DNA of 64,000 bases from Octopus sinensis (Eukaryota), in NCBI RefSeq assembly GCF_006345805.1, contig NC_043004.1, positions 86,738,001 through 86,802,000 on the forward strand, read 5' to 3'. Below, in pieces: positions 52,566 through 64,000 of this stretch. Made by a program: the position numbers and the translations under genes. The notes beneath the pieces are model-generated. The model saw only the letters and a program-made list of their open reading frames with translations. It ran no database searches and had not been told where the DNA came from. The first letter of the stretch is position 1; each line of letters opens with the position of its first letter.

Positions 52566-53208
52566 TTATGTAGTTGTCATGTATATAAGGCATAACTACA
52601 GATTGCTGCCCCACAAATTTGTTTCTGTATAACTTTTTGAAAAACGCATATTTTTAACGAAACTAAGCAGGGGTACTTTTTCGATGGTGTAGATTACGAT
52701 TGTTCTAATGACAAAAAAAATTCTTCGAAGGAGTTTCGAGACACTCTCCCAAGTTAGTTTCAAAATAACTTTCTTTAAAATCAATTTTCAAATTACATTT
52801 TGCAGAAATACGCTTTCGTGAGTGTAGATTACATATTGATATTTAAACCATATATAAAAATACTAGAGTTACGAAAATTAGGGGTAACAAAGTTGGGGCA
52901 GGAGAAGGGAAGAACGAACAGAAATTCTTCCAAAGAAATTTTTTTTAAATAAATTTTACCAGCATAATTGTAATCCACACTCTGGAAAACGTATCACTGC
53001 AAAATATTAAAAAATCATGTATTTTACAGACAGTTATAAGGAAACAAGATCCGTGAGGTGAGGGCACCAGTCTGCAGATCTATCTGTCTTTATATAAACA
53101 CGCACATACATACATATATATACATGTAGATATGTACGTATACATATTTTACATATATGTATATTCATATATCTATGTACATATGTATGTATGCAAATAC
53201 ACACACAC

Positions 53209-53251
<43 letters not shown>

Positions 53252-53254
<3 letters not shown>

Positions 53255-53460
53255 GTTAATCCAAACATGAAAACACAAAGAGAAAACACAACAATGCGAG
53301 GACGTGGAACAAGTATAGTGTTATTGGACGCTCAGGAAAGGAAAGAAAGAAGGAGAATTTAACGTTTCGAGCGGAGCTCTTTGTCAGAAACATAGGAAAA
53401 GGAAAGATCCAAGGAAGGGAAGACGGAGAAAAAAATCGCCAACTATACATACGCGGTCAC
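53252..53460 (-). mobile_element. Penelope-like pLTR fragment with a minimal hammerhead (53357-53391, G8A)
   Basis: GTTT CTGACAA A GAGC-TCC-GCTC GAAACGTTA AA, with a palindromic AACGTT helix III. Embedded in (TA)n. Confidence 0.6.
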
Positions 53461-53479
53461 ATTTATATATATGTATGTG

Positions 53480-53571
<92 letters not shown>

Positions 53572-53799
53572 AATGAACGTGTGTATTCAGTTGTGGTTAC
53601 AGTGGCACTAAACCCAAAACTATGTTTTCACTACCCTCTTTATCTCTCCAGCCCCGCCCCCACCCCCGATTGCTCCTACCCACTCTTGTAAATTTGTGAA
53701 TAGCCATGCAGCTACTCTCCAGCCCTTACCTTTACCTCTAACCTATTATTACCTGCCATAAAATTGCCTCCCACTTTATTGTAGCTCCACTCATTTAAA

Positions 53800-54480
53800 G
53801 TCGAAAGGGATCTTAATCTTGCAAGCTACAGGTTGACATGTTGGTGTCACTATAAAAGCACCCAGTACACTTTGTAAAGGAGTGGATGTTAGGAAGGGTA
53901 TCCAGCTGTAGATAGCAGGCCAAAGCAGACTTTGGAGTATGATGCAGTCTTTCAGACCATCAGATCCTGTTAAACTGTCCAATCCAAGGCAGTGGCATGT
54001 AAAAAGCATCCAGCACACTGTTAAGTGGTTAGTGCTAGGAAGGGCATCCAGCTGTAGAAACCATGCCCGCTCCATGTCAAACTGCCAGTGTACTGGATGC
54101 TTTTTACATGCCACTGGCATGTATATATATTCATATATCATGTCAAGCTAAGTAAAATCGTGGTCCCTGCATCCCTCTTCCGCTGACCAATCCGAATCTT
54201 GTGGACTCATGGATGCTGGTGCCATGTAAAAAGCATCCATGCTGGTGTTGCATAAAGGCATCCAGTACACTCTGTGAAGCGGCTGGTGTTAGGAAGGACA
54301 TCCAGCTGTAGAAATCATGCCAAAACAGATGGAATCCAGATATCTCTTCAACTGGCCAGCTCCTGTCAAACCAGCTAATGCATGCCAGCATGGGAAACGG
54401 AGGTAAACTGGTGATAATATATATGTATATATATCATCATCAGCAGCATTTAATAGTTGTTTTTCATGCTGGCATGTATA
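53800..54480 (+). mobile_element. Tandem cluster of RTE-tail SINE pieces
   Basis: Three aggaagggcatccagctgtaga-type motifs at ~53890, ~54038 and ~54291. Confidence 0.7.
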
Positions 54481-55407
54481 TACATACATACCTTTATTTG
54501 TGAATTTAGGCTACCATTGGTTTCAATGTCAAGAAAAACAAAACTATATTAATATCATAACAATTTTTCAAACCAATCACATGGAGGAATGGTGTTCATC
54601 CCCATTTTAGATACACATGCACACGCGCACACAAATAAGCATATGCATACAATTGTATGCATGTACAAATTTCCATTCCTCATGCTCTAACAATAAATAT
54701 ATGTAACTATGCATATCTGTATATCTTATATGTGTGTGTGTGTGTATATATATATATCATCATTTAACGTCCATGCGTGCACACACACACAAACACATGT
54801 GTGTGAAAGCAAGAGGAAGGAGGGGAGAGAGAGAGAACAAAAAAGAAAAGGAAATGTGTTTTAAGGAGATTTTCTCTTGATAAATATGAGCTGCTGTCAT
54901 GTTACAGGTGCTGAACATTCTTTTAACAACCATATTCCCTGCAGTTGACTGGTTGGAAACAAAGCTCTTCCTTGTGCTGTCAAACATATAGCAGTGAATG
55001 GGGTGAAAGAAATGAAGTCAGTATTCATGACTTCATTTATTTGTTTGTTTTTTTCCACTTTATGAATTATATTTTTGCTTATATTTATGTTAAAAAAAAA
55101 AATTCCAGAGACTGAGTTGAAATGAGCCAACAAGAAATGTTCTATATATTCACTTGACCTGGAAAAGCAGTTGAGTTTCCCCAAAATCCAATACAAGTAA
55201 GGGTTCTAATGGCTGAAATGTTTTTGCCATATTTTCTATCAGTGCTGATCTAACCCTAAATAGTAACAACATGATTTGAAAGAAATTTTGCTTACCTCTC
55301 CCCTTTACCTTTTTCTTAAAACTTTTTAGTCTTTAAAGATAATAGTTAGGTTAGTGCTAATATACATATATACAAACATACATTTATAATAATAATAATA
55401 ATAATAA

Positions 55408-55725
55408 TAGGGAGTATAACTCCAAACTTACAGGGAAAAATTCAATTTAGTATTAAATCAAATTTCACAATATAAATATATAATGTATATATAAATTAGA
55501 GAAAAACCACTATTATGTAATTCAAACATTGATAGACATAAACCATATCATATCATATAATATTATATAATGTTTATTAATTTTTTTGTTCTTTTCTTGT
55601 GATCTAGATATATGTTTTATAATATATTTTATTTTTTCTATATGATATAGTTTATGTCTAGCATTGTTTGAATTACATAATAGTGGTTTTTCTTTAATTG
55701 ATATATATTATATACATTTATATAT
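55408..55725. repeat. AT-rich repeat with an internal inverted duplication; a second copy at 61470-61600
   Basis: 55470-55553 is the reverse complement of 55640-55725. ccaaacttacagggaaaaattcaatttag recurs at 61485. Confidence 0.65.
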
Positions 55726-56709
55726 ATGTATGTATACATACATAGATATACAGATATCTTAATTAAAATTATATAAGCAGTGTGGAAAATCGTTAGCTCA
55801 AAGACTGAAGAATATAAGGCTTTTGTTGTCTTCTATCAATACATAAGTATTTCAGTAATTCTAACTAGATTTTTGATGCTCACTGCATTAAATATGTTAA
55901 CATGTTGTCTTCAAGCATAAGGCCATATCTAACCTCAGTGATGTATTAATAAAAAAAACTATGTTTAGCTTACAGTTCAATGAATAGAAAATATATTTAC
56001 TAGTGTACTTATATCATTAAATATGAATGGCAGTCTGATTAATTATAGGAAGTGTTTTACAATAGAAAAATCAAAATTTCTTTATTAGTATACTTTCAGA
56101 AGGACAAACGAAACAAAGAATGACATGCAAAATATAAGGGAGATAACTCCTGCTATCCTATTTTAATCTTATAAATGACACGACAGCAATTTTTTCGCAA
56201 TGAAAGTACAGTTGTCAATTAGCTGCCCCTTCTTGTTACGTATCTTATTCTAATTTACTCTTATTTCAATTCTCTCACTTATTGTTTCCCTGTTTGCCTT
56301 TCTGTATTGGCATAATAAACACATCATCCTTCCACTCATACTCATTTTACTTCTCTGATCGCTCACTCTCTATTTGTGCTCCAACAGTGTCCTACTTACA
56401 CATATTATCTCTTTAGCTCAACAGTGGATAAAATACACAAAGCTAATAAATATAAGTGGATTAATGGCTTGATGCTTTTGCAGTTATTCACCCTCTTCTA
56501 CATTTACTCGCATATTTATTGGTATTTTGCAATATATTATAAATTTCTCGTGGGGTTGACGTTTATTCCTACTTATATTCTCTGAAGAGTGGCAGCAAAG
56601 TAGTGACTGATAAATTTCTTTGTAGTATTTAGTTAAATTCTGAAATACAGGAATGCAACTTTTCCTTTCAGTTAACAAGTCAGATAAGAAGGCTGTAGGA
56701 AAATTGATG

Positions 56710-56918
56710 GGCAATCTTTCGGTACAAGTACCATAACTGCCAAGTCTGTTTGTTTACATTTGAAGAAGATCGTAAAGTTTCCGTAAAGTTCTTTTTTTTT
56801 AATATGTGAGGTTAGGGTTAGGGGTGGGGGGAAAAGGGTTTCTTTTTTCTTCAGAAATGTAAATAAACCTACGTGGGTTTATAATTGGCTGTTATGGTAC
56901 TTGTACCAAAAGATCGCC
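56710..56918. mobile_element. MITE with ~34-bp TIRs and a central GGTTAGGGTTAGGG
   Basis: ggcaatctttcggtacaagtaccataactgccaa ... ttggctgttatggtacttgtaccaaaagatcgcc. Confidence 0.7.
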
Positions 56919-57559
56919 TTCTACTCACATTCATTTTACTTCTATGACTATTTGTTATGACAGCCTCTTTCTTACACACTAGCTCTTTAGTATGTCAGTG
57001 GATGAATACACAAAGCTAATTATTATATATAAAAAGATGGTATATATTTTTCTTCTATTCTTCATTTCCTCACTTATGTTCAAAGGTGTTCAAACCATAA
57101 CCTAGTTCTTTAAAACCATGCTCCACATTATCTAATGTATCCTTTCTCTAGGACATAATTTGAGAGCAATTTGGTTATTATTTCTAACAGTTCGTGCGAC
57201 CAAATGGAGCAGCGTTCCCAACATTTGAATTGAGAAATTGTCTAAAGCTGCAATTATTTTTCCTATCAGATTTTTGGGCTTACAGATGAAAATAAAATGC
57301 CGGTTGAAGTTATACATCAATTACCTATTTTGACTGTATATATTTTACTCTCAGACGTGGGGGGGTGTAATATTTAATAGCAAGCCTGTTTCAATTATTA
57401 TTATTGTGATAGTCATTCAAGTGTTAAGATTTAAAAAAACCTTAACAAGAAAATGAAATTAGAGACACAATCGAAATCTATAACTAAATGAAATATGTTA
57501 TAGAGTTACGCTTTCAACAGCCTTTCAAAAATTCGAACTGAGCAAAGCAAACACTATCG

Positions 57560-58600
57560 CCTCCCCGTCGTCGTGGTCATCATCATCATTATCGTCGTCA
57601 GCGTCTTCGTCACCATCGCCACGAACACCACCAATAACAGCATAACCATCATCTCATCACCTCATCATCATCATCATCATCATTACCATCAATGCCAACA
57701 TTCTCTTCACCTTTCAGTTTCTATTTGTCCCGGAATGTTTTCTGTCAAATCTGATTGCAGACGGTTATTTTTGTTTTGTTTATTGACTGTAAACACATAC
57801 AGAACTAAATGTTCCCATTTTGTGACAAGAGTCATCACATCAGAGTAAGAGAATGAAACAATGGAACAGATGTGAAAGTAAGTAAGAGAGAGAGAGAAAG
57901 AGAAAGTGAGGGAAAGAGAAGGCATGAAAAAATGGCAAGAAAGTGACAAAGTGACATGGTAAAGAGGAAGAGAGAAAGGGAATGAGACAGAGAGAGAGAA
58001 GGAAAGTGAGAGAGAGGTGGGAGATACAGAGAGAAAACGACAACAAGTCTAAGTGAGGGAGAAATAGAGTGTGAGACAAATGAACTGGGCCAGAAAAATG
58101 AGAGACGCAAACACTAATATCAACTCACTAAGAGACTGAACTGGCACACAATTCATAGAACTAACAGAAATTATGTTTCATTACAATAGTTTGTCCATTT
58201 TTATCTCTTATAAACGCACTGAAGTTAACTTTTAGCACACATTTTAGTAGACATTTGTCAGTGTGGGAAACAGAGGGTGAGAGACAGACAGCGAAAGGAG
58301 AGAGAGAGAGATGAGGATAGGGTATGAGAATAAGGGAGAACAGGGAGTGTGTGAGAGAGCGCAGTAGTGTGTGTGAGAGAGTGGGGGGATAAGTGATAGC
58401 TGTGTTTGTGAGAGAGAGAGAGAAAGCGTAAGAGAGGGTGAGTGTGAATGTAAGTGTACATGCACGCGTGTGTATGGTAGTTTCAGAGGGGAAGTGTCTG
58501 TATGTGTGTGTATGAGAGAGAAAGATAGAATTATATATTAGAGTGAGAGGGAGACTGTGTAAGTGTGTATGTATGTGTGTGTAAGTGCGTATGCAGTCGT
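57560..58600. repeat. (TCA/TCG)n and (GA)/(GT)-rich low-complexity tracts
   Basis: Seen directly. Confidence 0.8.
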
Positions 58601-58933
58601 GTGTTAATGATACAAGAATTCTGTTGCTTTTTTTCCTCCGACGAACTTGCCAGTTCTGTTAAAAAGCTCTTGTTCATATTCACACGAGAAGTTATGATCT
58701 TTCTTTCATAATAGTCTTACAATTTCTTTGGCAATTTAAAAAAAATTCTCCTTTACATTCATTTTATGGTTTACATTACTTCTTTGAACTCCCATAGAGA
58801 AATTTCGATACCCGAATGGCTTCTCATATTATAAAATTGCAACAGTTGAAGTTGGTCCATTGCCAATGTTATTTCGTTCACTTTTTTTTTAATTGATAAT
58901 TCATTTATTAAAATACGTCACTATAAAACCCTT

Positions 58934-58937
<4 letters not shown>

Positions 58938-58985
<48 letters not shown>

Positions 58986-59167
58986 TATACATATATATAC
59001 ATACATTCATACATATACACACACACACGTACGTACGTACATACGTACATACGTACGTACGTACATACATACATACGTACGTACATACATACGTACATAC
59101 ATACATACATACATACATACATCATACACACACACACACACACACACATACATACATACATACATAC
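58938..59167. repeat. (TA)n(TACA/TACG)n microsatellite; related tracts at 60584-60700 (inverse) and 62540-62632
   Basis: Seen directly. Confidence 0.9.
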
Positions 59168-59882
59168 AGCTTCTATATCCGGATTACAAATTTACATTTA
59201 TGCCAATAAATAATTGGTGCATTTGGTTTTGTAAGTAAATGCTTTACTGTCAATCTGGATAAGCTTGGATTTCCAGAAAAAAGGGATCAACTGATTCGCA
59301 CATTGCAAATACAATCTGTAAGCGGAACAGTAAAACTATGCAAGACGTTTCTCAGGTTTAATACGTAGCATTGTTTTTGTTGTCCACATTCCAAAGATTG
59401 AGCTTTGTATCTTTATTAGAAACCAGCTCCTTCTTCAGAGGAAGAATTTAAATGGTTAAATACAGAACACACACACACACATACATACATATAAACAGAC
59501 ACGTCTGTGAGTGCGCGCGCGCATCCAGCAGAGGTACAGAAACGAAATCACACTGTTTCAGACGACCAATAAATACTACACGGATCATATGTTTTCTCAC
59601 AATATATTAATTATTTAAGCACGAGTTAATAATTCAAATTGTAAAAAAAAAAGAAAGAAAGAAAAGAACAACTTCTTCCCCGTATATTTCCATAATGATT
59701 TATTCAATACATCTCTAGTGAATATTTTCCCTTCTTTATTCATTGAAGGTTTTAGATAATTTAATGCATATTTATTTTTAAAAAAGAGTCAACCAGAAAT
59801 AAATTTCTGAAGAGTAAAGTCAAAGAAAACAAAATTAAGCAGTGACGAGTATTATTTTCATTTTTTCCTGTAAGTAAGGAAG

Positions 59883-59931
59883 ACATCTTCGGACATGTTT
59901 CAGGGATTTCCGACCTCCTCAGTGAAGCATG
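59883..59931 (-). ncRNA. Minimal hammerhead motif
   Basis: CATGCTTCA CTGAGGA GGTCGGAAATCCCT GAAA CATG TC CGAAGATG. Intact core, palindromic ACATGT helix III and GTC triplet; helices I and II are imperfect. Confidence 0.55.
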
Positions 59932-60612
59932 ACGTTCAACATGAATGCCGAAGAAGTATTGAAAGAATTGTTAAATGTACACGATAGTACATTTAATTGG
60001 TGAAAGAAAAGATAGTTGTTCAAGCAGTTACTAGTCTGAAGATACCATTCACATAAAAAGAAAGCAATGCTTATGTTAATGTTAATATATGTAATGTTCA
60101 GACCATTAAAATGCTAACTAGAAATATTGAATCTCTTTTAATCCAAGGATTAAACTAAACAGGAATAAAATTAAAACCTATTTCTATAATTCAACATGGC
60201 ACTAAACATAAACTTAACTAAATCGAAAAAGTATTGAACAAAAGAAAGTTACAAGTTGCATTTCAATTTGAAAAAGTATTGTTTGGAAATAAGTTTAGTG
60301 TCGAATCAGAGTAATCTCCCTTAATATACAGTTGACCCTTTTTCTGTTATTACAAGAATTCACGATCGTACAGCTATGCTGGATATGACCTGTAAAATGA
60401 ACTTTTGCATTTGACTTTCTACTCTACTTGTTTTGACATATACAACCGAAACCTAAAGCCAGGATAATATTCTCCATATGTGCGAGTGTGTGACTTTTGT
60501 AGACTAATGGGCGAATAAGAATGCTGAGAATGAAAACGATACATAGAAACATGCGCACGCACATACATGCCAACATTCACATATGTATGTATGTACGTAT
60601 GTACGTACGTAC

Positions 60613-60643
<31 letters not shown>

Positions 60644-61639
60644 TGTATGTATGTATGTATGTATGTATGTATGTATTTATGTATGTAAGCAGGTATGTAT
60701 GATGCATATAAGTGTGTATGTACGAGATTAATCCGTTAGTGCATGTATGAGAATGTGTGGAAAGGGAGGGGGAGAGAGAGATACATACAGAAGACGAGGG
60801 AGGGAGAAAGTTCAGGCATTAGTTATATAATGTGTCATACTGGCTATGTGACTTCTTTATAAGATGCAGTTAACTTCTATTACATTCCGAACGATTGCTA
60901 TGTTCACACATTTTTTTTTTAACACAAAAGTGTGAGTAGTGTATTAAGACTGTGATTTACAAGCCGGAGTGTAAACACATTAGGTTGTAAGGTCAACTGT
61001 ACGAATGTAGAAAAATGATTGAAATTTTATTGCATATACTGCCCTTGTTTATACACGGGACACAAATGCATAAGGATGCAAAAATATGTGTTTGTAAGTA
61101 TGGGTGAGTGCAAAATAATTAACTTTCTGTGCATTTTTTGTAGCGCATGTGCACAAGCGAAATAACATCATATTATAGCTCAGGAAAATGATACAATCCA
61201 AGAAGATGAAATAGCTCAGACGAAGAATATGTGAGTACGTGAAAAAGTATGATAAGCACAAGATGCAGTTTATACCATTCGATCACTAACGTACGTTTCG
61301 CTCTTCTAGCTATTTGCATTCGCTGCAGTGGCTGTCCATAGTGTAGTTGGATGCAGATCCCCAACAGTTCTTCAAGGGAACACTTTACTACATTATGTTG
61401 ATACAGATCGACTGGTCATATATATATAGAGATATATATACACACATACACATACACATATATATAATATTAGGGAATATTATTCCAAACTTACAGGGAA
61501 AAATTCAATTTAGAAATACTAAATCAAATTTCACAAAATATAATATATATATATTAATTAGAAAAAAAAACACCTTTTATCAATTCAACAACGAAAAAAC
61601 TAAATTATACCACACACACACACACACATATAAAGATAT

Positions 61640-62040
61640 AAAGTTTGCTTCCCACCCACACGGTTCTGGATTCAGTCACACCGTGAGGCACTTTCGGCAA
61701 CAGTCTTCTACCATAGCCTCGTGCCGACCAAAGCCTTGTGAGTGGATTTGGTTGACAGAGACCAAAAGAAGCTCGTCGTATACACACACACATGCACGCG
61801 TATGGGTGCATGTATGTATGCTCGTGTGTATCTGTGTGGAATGCGTGTGTCTATTTTTCCCCACCACTGCTTGTCAACCAATGCTGGTTTATTCACGTCT
61901 CTGTAACTTAGCAGTTCGTAAAAAGATACCGATAGAATAAGTACCAGCCTTTAAAAAAGTAAATATTGGGATCAATTCATTGAACTAAAATTCTTCATGA
62001 CCTCCGTTAATCACTGAAACAAGTAAAAGATAAAAGATAT
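61640..62040 (+). mobile_element. tRNA-derived SINE
   Basis: Same family as 48615, ending aagtaaaagataaaaga. Confidence 0.8.
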
Positions 62041-63399
62041 ACAGGCAGACAATAGTTGAAAGCTGGGTTTGCTCAGTTTAGAAAACACATAGTGGTGCTC
62101 AAAAGGATATGAGCTTAAACTCCGAATTATTTGTCCACGCCCGCAGTGTCAAGAATGGCTATACGAAAAATCCAAATCGAGCAGGTATTGAGATAGTAAT
62201 GGAGATAAACACAGATAGACTTGATGTAAATGTATTTACATGGGACACAAAAAATATAGAATTGAATATGCAGTTTCTTAACATATTTCTCAACAGCTGT
62301 TTCAAGAAGTCTAGAATTACGTGGTAATCATAATTTGCAGATGAATTGAACAAAAAGGTATGGGTATGTAACCGTTAACCAGTCACATGAAGATATTACA
62401 ATAAATCCGGCATTTGTCAATCCGGTCTTGATGAGGGAAGCCAGACTTACTGTAATATCTTTGTTTGGCTGGTTACCAGTTAGATGCAATCCCATGGTCA
62501 TTCATGACCAAAGAGGGTCTTTACAATTTATATATGCACACGTACATACATACATATGCATACATACATACATACATACATACATACATACATACATACA
62601 TACATACATACATACACACATACATATATACATATTACAATGGGAAATCACTGTTACCAAGTATTTTGATAATTTTGACTTTTTCTAAGGTGACGTCTGT
62701 GTTTAATATAATGATTATTTTATCTGACTGATGGTGTCCGTAACTATACTAAGAACAGCCTAGAGTTACATTATTAGAGTGACACTGTTTTTCATGTTTT
62801 CAAGCTATCAGTGTACGCAATTGTCTTTGTTGCTGTTATTTACATATATTTTTATTGTATCGAAGGAGGTTCTATTTTTGGGGACAAGATTTTTTTCTTT
62901 TGATACTTGGATATTTAGCTTGATTTCAGGGTTCACTCAAGACAGAACTTGCAAATATCTGTCTATTTGAATGTGTTATTCAGTTTTCAAACCAGCGCAC
63001 AATAACCAACATTCGCCTCCCTCTTTCTAACTTTGTCTTTCTCCCCATTCCACTATTCCAGATAAAAAATTAAAAAAAAAGAAAGAGAGAGAGAGACTGA
63101 AGGCTGAGAAAACATAGGGGATGACATCACATAAACATATTTGTGAATCCTTCGTTAATTCATACTACCACTCTTTCTCAACTTTATGCGTTTCTACTAT
63201 TCTTTTGGTAACATTTAACGTTTTTCTTATTTCACAGTAAGTATAAGACTTGAAGGAGATTTGGTTGCTAGTTATCGAACTAAATGTTATCAAGTGAAGC
63301 GATAACAAATAATAATATATATGGTTTTTGTGGGTGTTCATTTGTAGTTTCCCGTTACAAGACAGACATACACAGAGGCAACCCGAAATGCAGCACGCC

Positions 63400-63720
63400 T
63401 CATCAGTGATGTAGTTTGTGTGTGTGCCGCCCGGAGCAATCCTTGAGTTTGTCCCCGACTACTTCTACAGGCTTCTATAGCAGACCCAACTGTTCTGTCC
63501 CTTTAAAAATGTCGCCCGGGGTGGATAGCCTCCTGCCCACCCTCTTAGCCATTCTCTACGCCTCGTCTTTCGTCACCTTGACCTTACGATCAGATGTTCT
63601 CCTTTCCCCTGTTGCAAGCGATAAATTTGTGTCTTCGAGGATCTATGTGAGAGGTCCACTGCTTCGGTGATCTCCCACGTAGTCTGGGGTGACGGACGTC
63701 TTGGCGGAATGCCAACGCTC
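63400..63720 (-). mobile_element. Possible 3' end of a further RTE-like LINE
   Basis: The minus strand gives LRGRSPKQWTSHI, then (shifted) LEDTNLSLATGERRTSDR, resembling the RTE RGR.P.RW...DR C-terminus. GC-rich. Confidence 0.4.
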
Positions 63721-64000
63721 TATAGTTAAAGGATGGTATTCTCATTACATAGTCGAACAACTTCAATTTGTATTACTTGTGTTACCGAAATCTCTTCATA
63801 CAGAGATTTCTAAGCTTGTCTACTAATGATATCCTCGTATAGAACTGAAAAGAAGGCATTTCAAAAACTAGTCTGGATGCTTCAAGCAGAATCCACTCTA
63901 TCACAGACATACAAATCAAACCTCCAGTTTGAGGCTATTTTATTTCCTCTCACCAGTATCGGAGGCCCAGAAAAATAGCATTCCTCTCTCTTTCTCTCAT

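Noticed and set aside
57573-57848. Poly-His ORF
   Set aside because: A (CAT)n low-complexity tract with no splice or homology support.
61347-61940. 197-aa ORF
   Set aside because: It runs through microsatellite, an AT-rich repeat and a SINE.
63384-63413. Minus-strand CTGATGA-GGC…GCC as a hammerhead
   Set aside because: It lacks the GAAA and the cleavage triplet.

Overview
AT-rich, repeat-dense animal genomic DNA. The SINE/RTE repertoire and (TA)n/(CA)n/(TACA)n tracts suggest an octopus (coleoid cephalopod); this is inference. One host gene is recognisable: the 5' part of WAC (WW domain-containing adaptor with coiled-coil) on the minus strand. It has coding exons at 44213-44173, 43967-43934 and 4752-4593, a ~39-kb intron 2, and a CpG-rich promoter near 44.3-44.5 kb. 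The WW-domain exons were not found and probably lie left of base 1. The rest is mostly transposon debris: RTE and CR1-group LINEs, a decayed Gypsy pol, a POGK-like pogo transposase, MITEs, tRNA-derived SINEs and Penelope-like fragments. The most notable signals are: (i) a ~1-kb fold-back element in WAC intron 2 whose arms each carry a type I hammerhead ribozyme, complete on the antisense strand and helix-I-degenerate on the WAC-sense strand, plus three more minimal hammerheads upstream of the gene; (ii) a ~130-bp-arm hairpin insertion flanked by a 15-bp direct repeat; (iii) a splice-signal-bounded antisense exon over the WAC start codon, and back-to-back uORFs. All alignments and folds were done by eye. 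Repeat boundaries are approximate, and most supplied ORFs are spurious.
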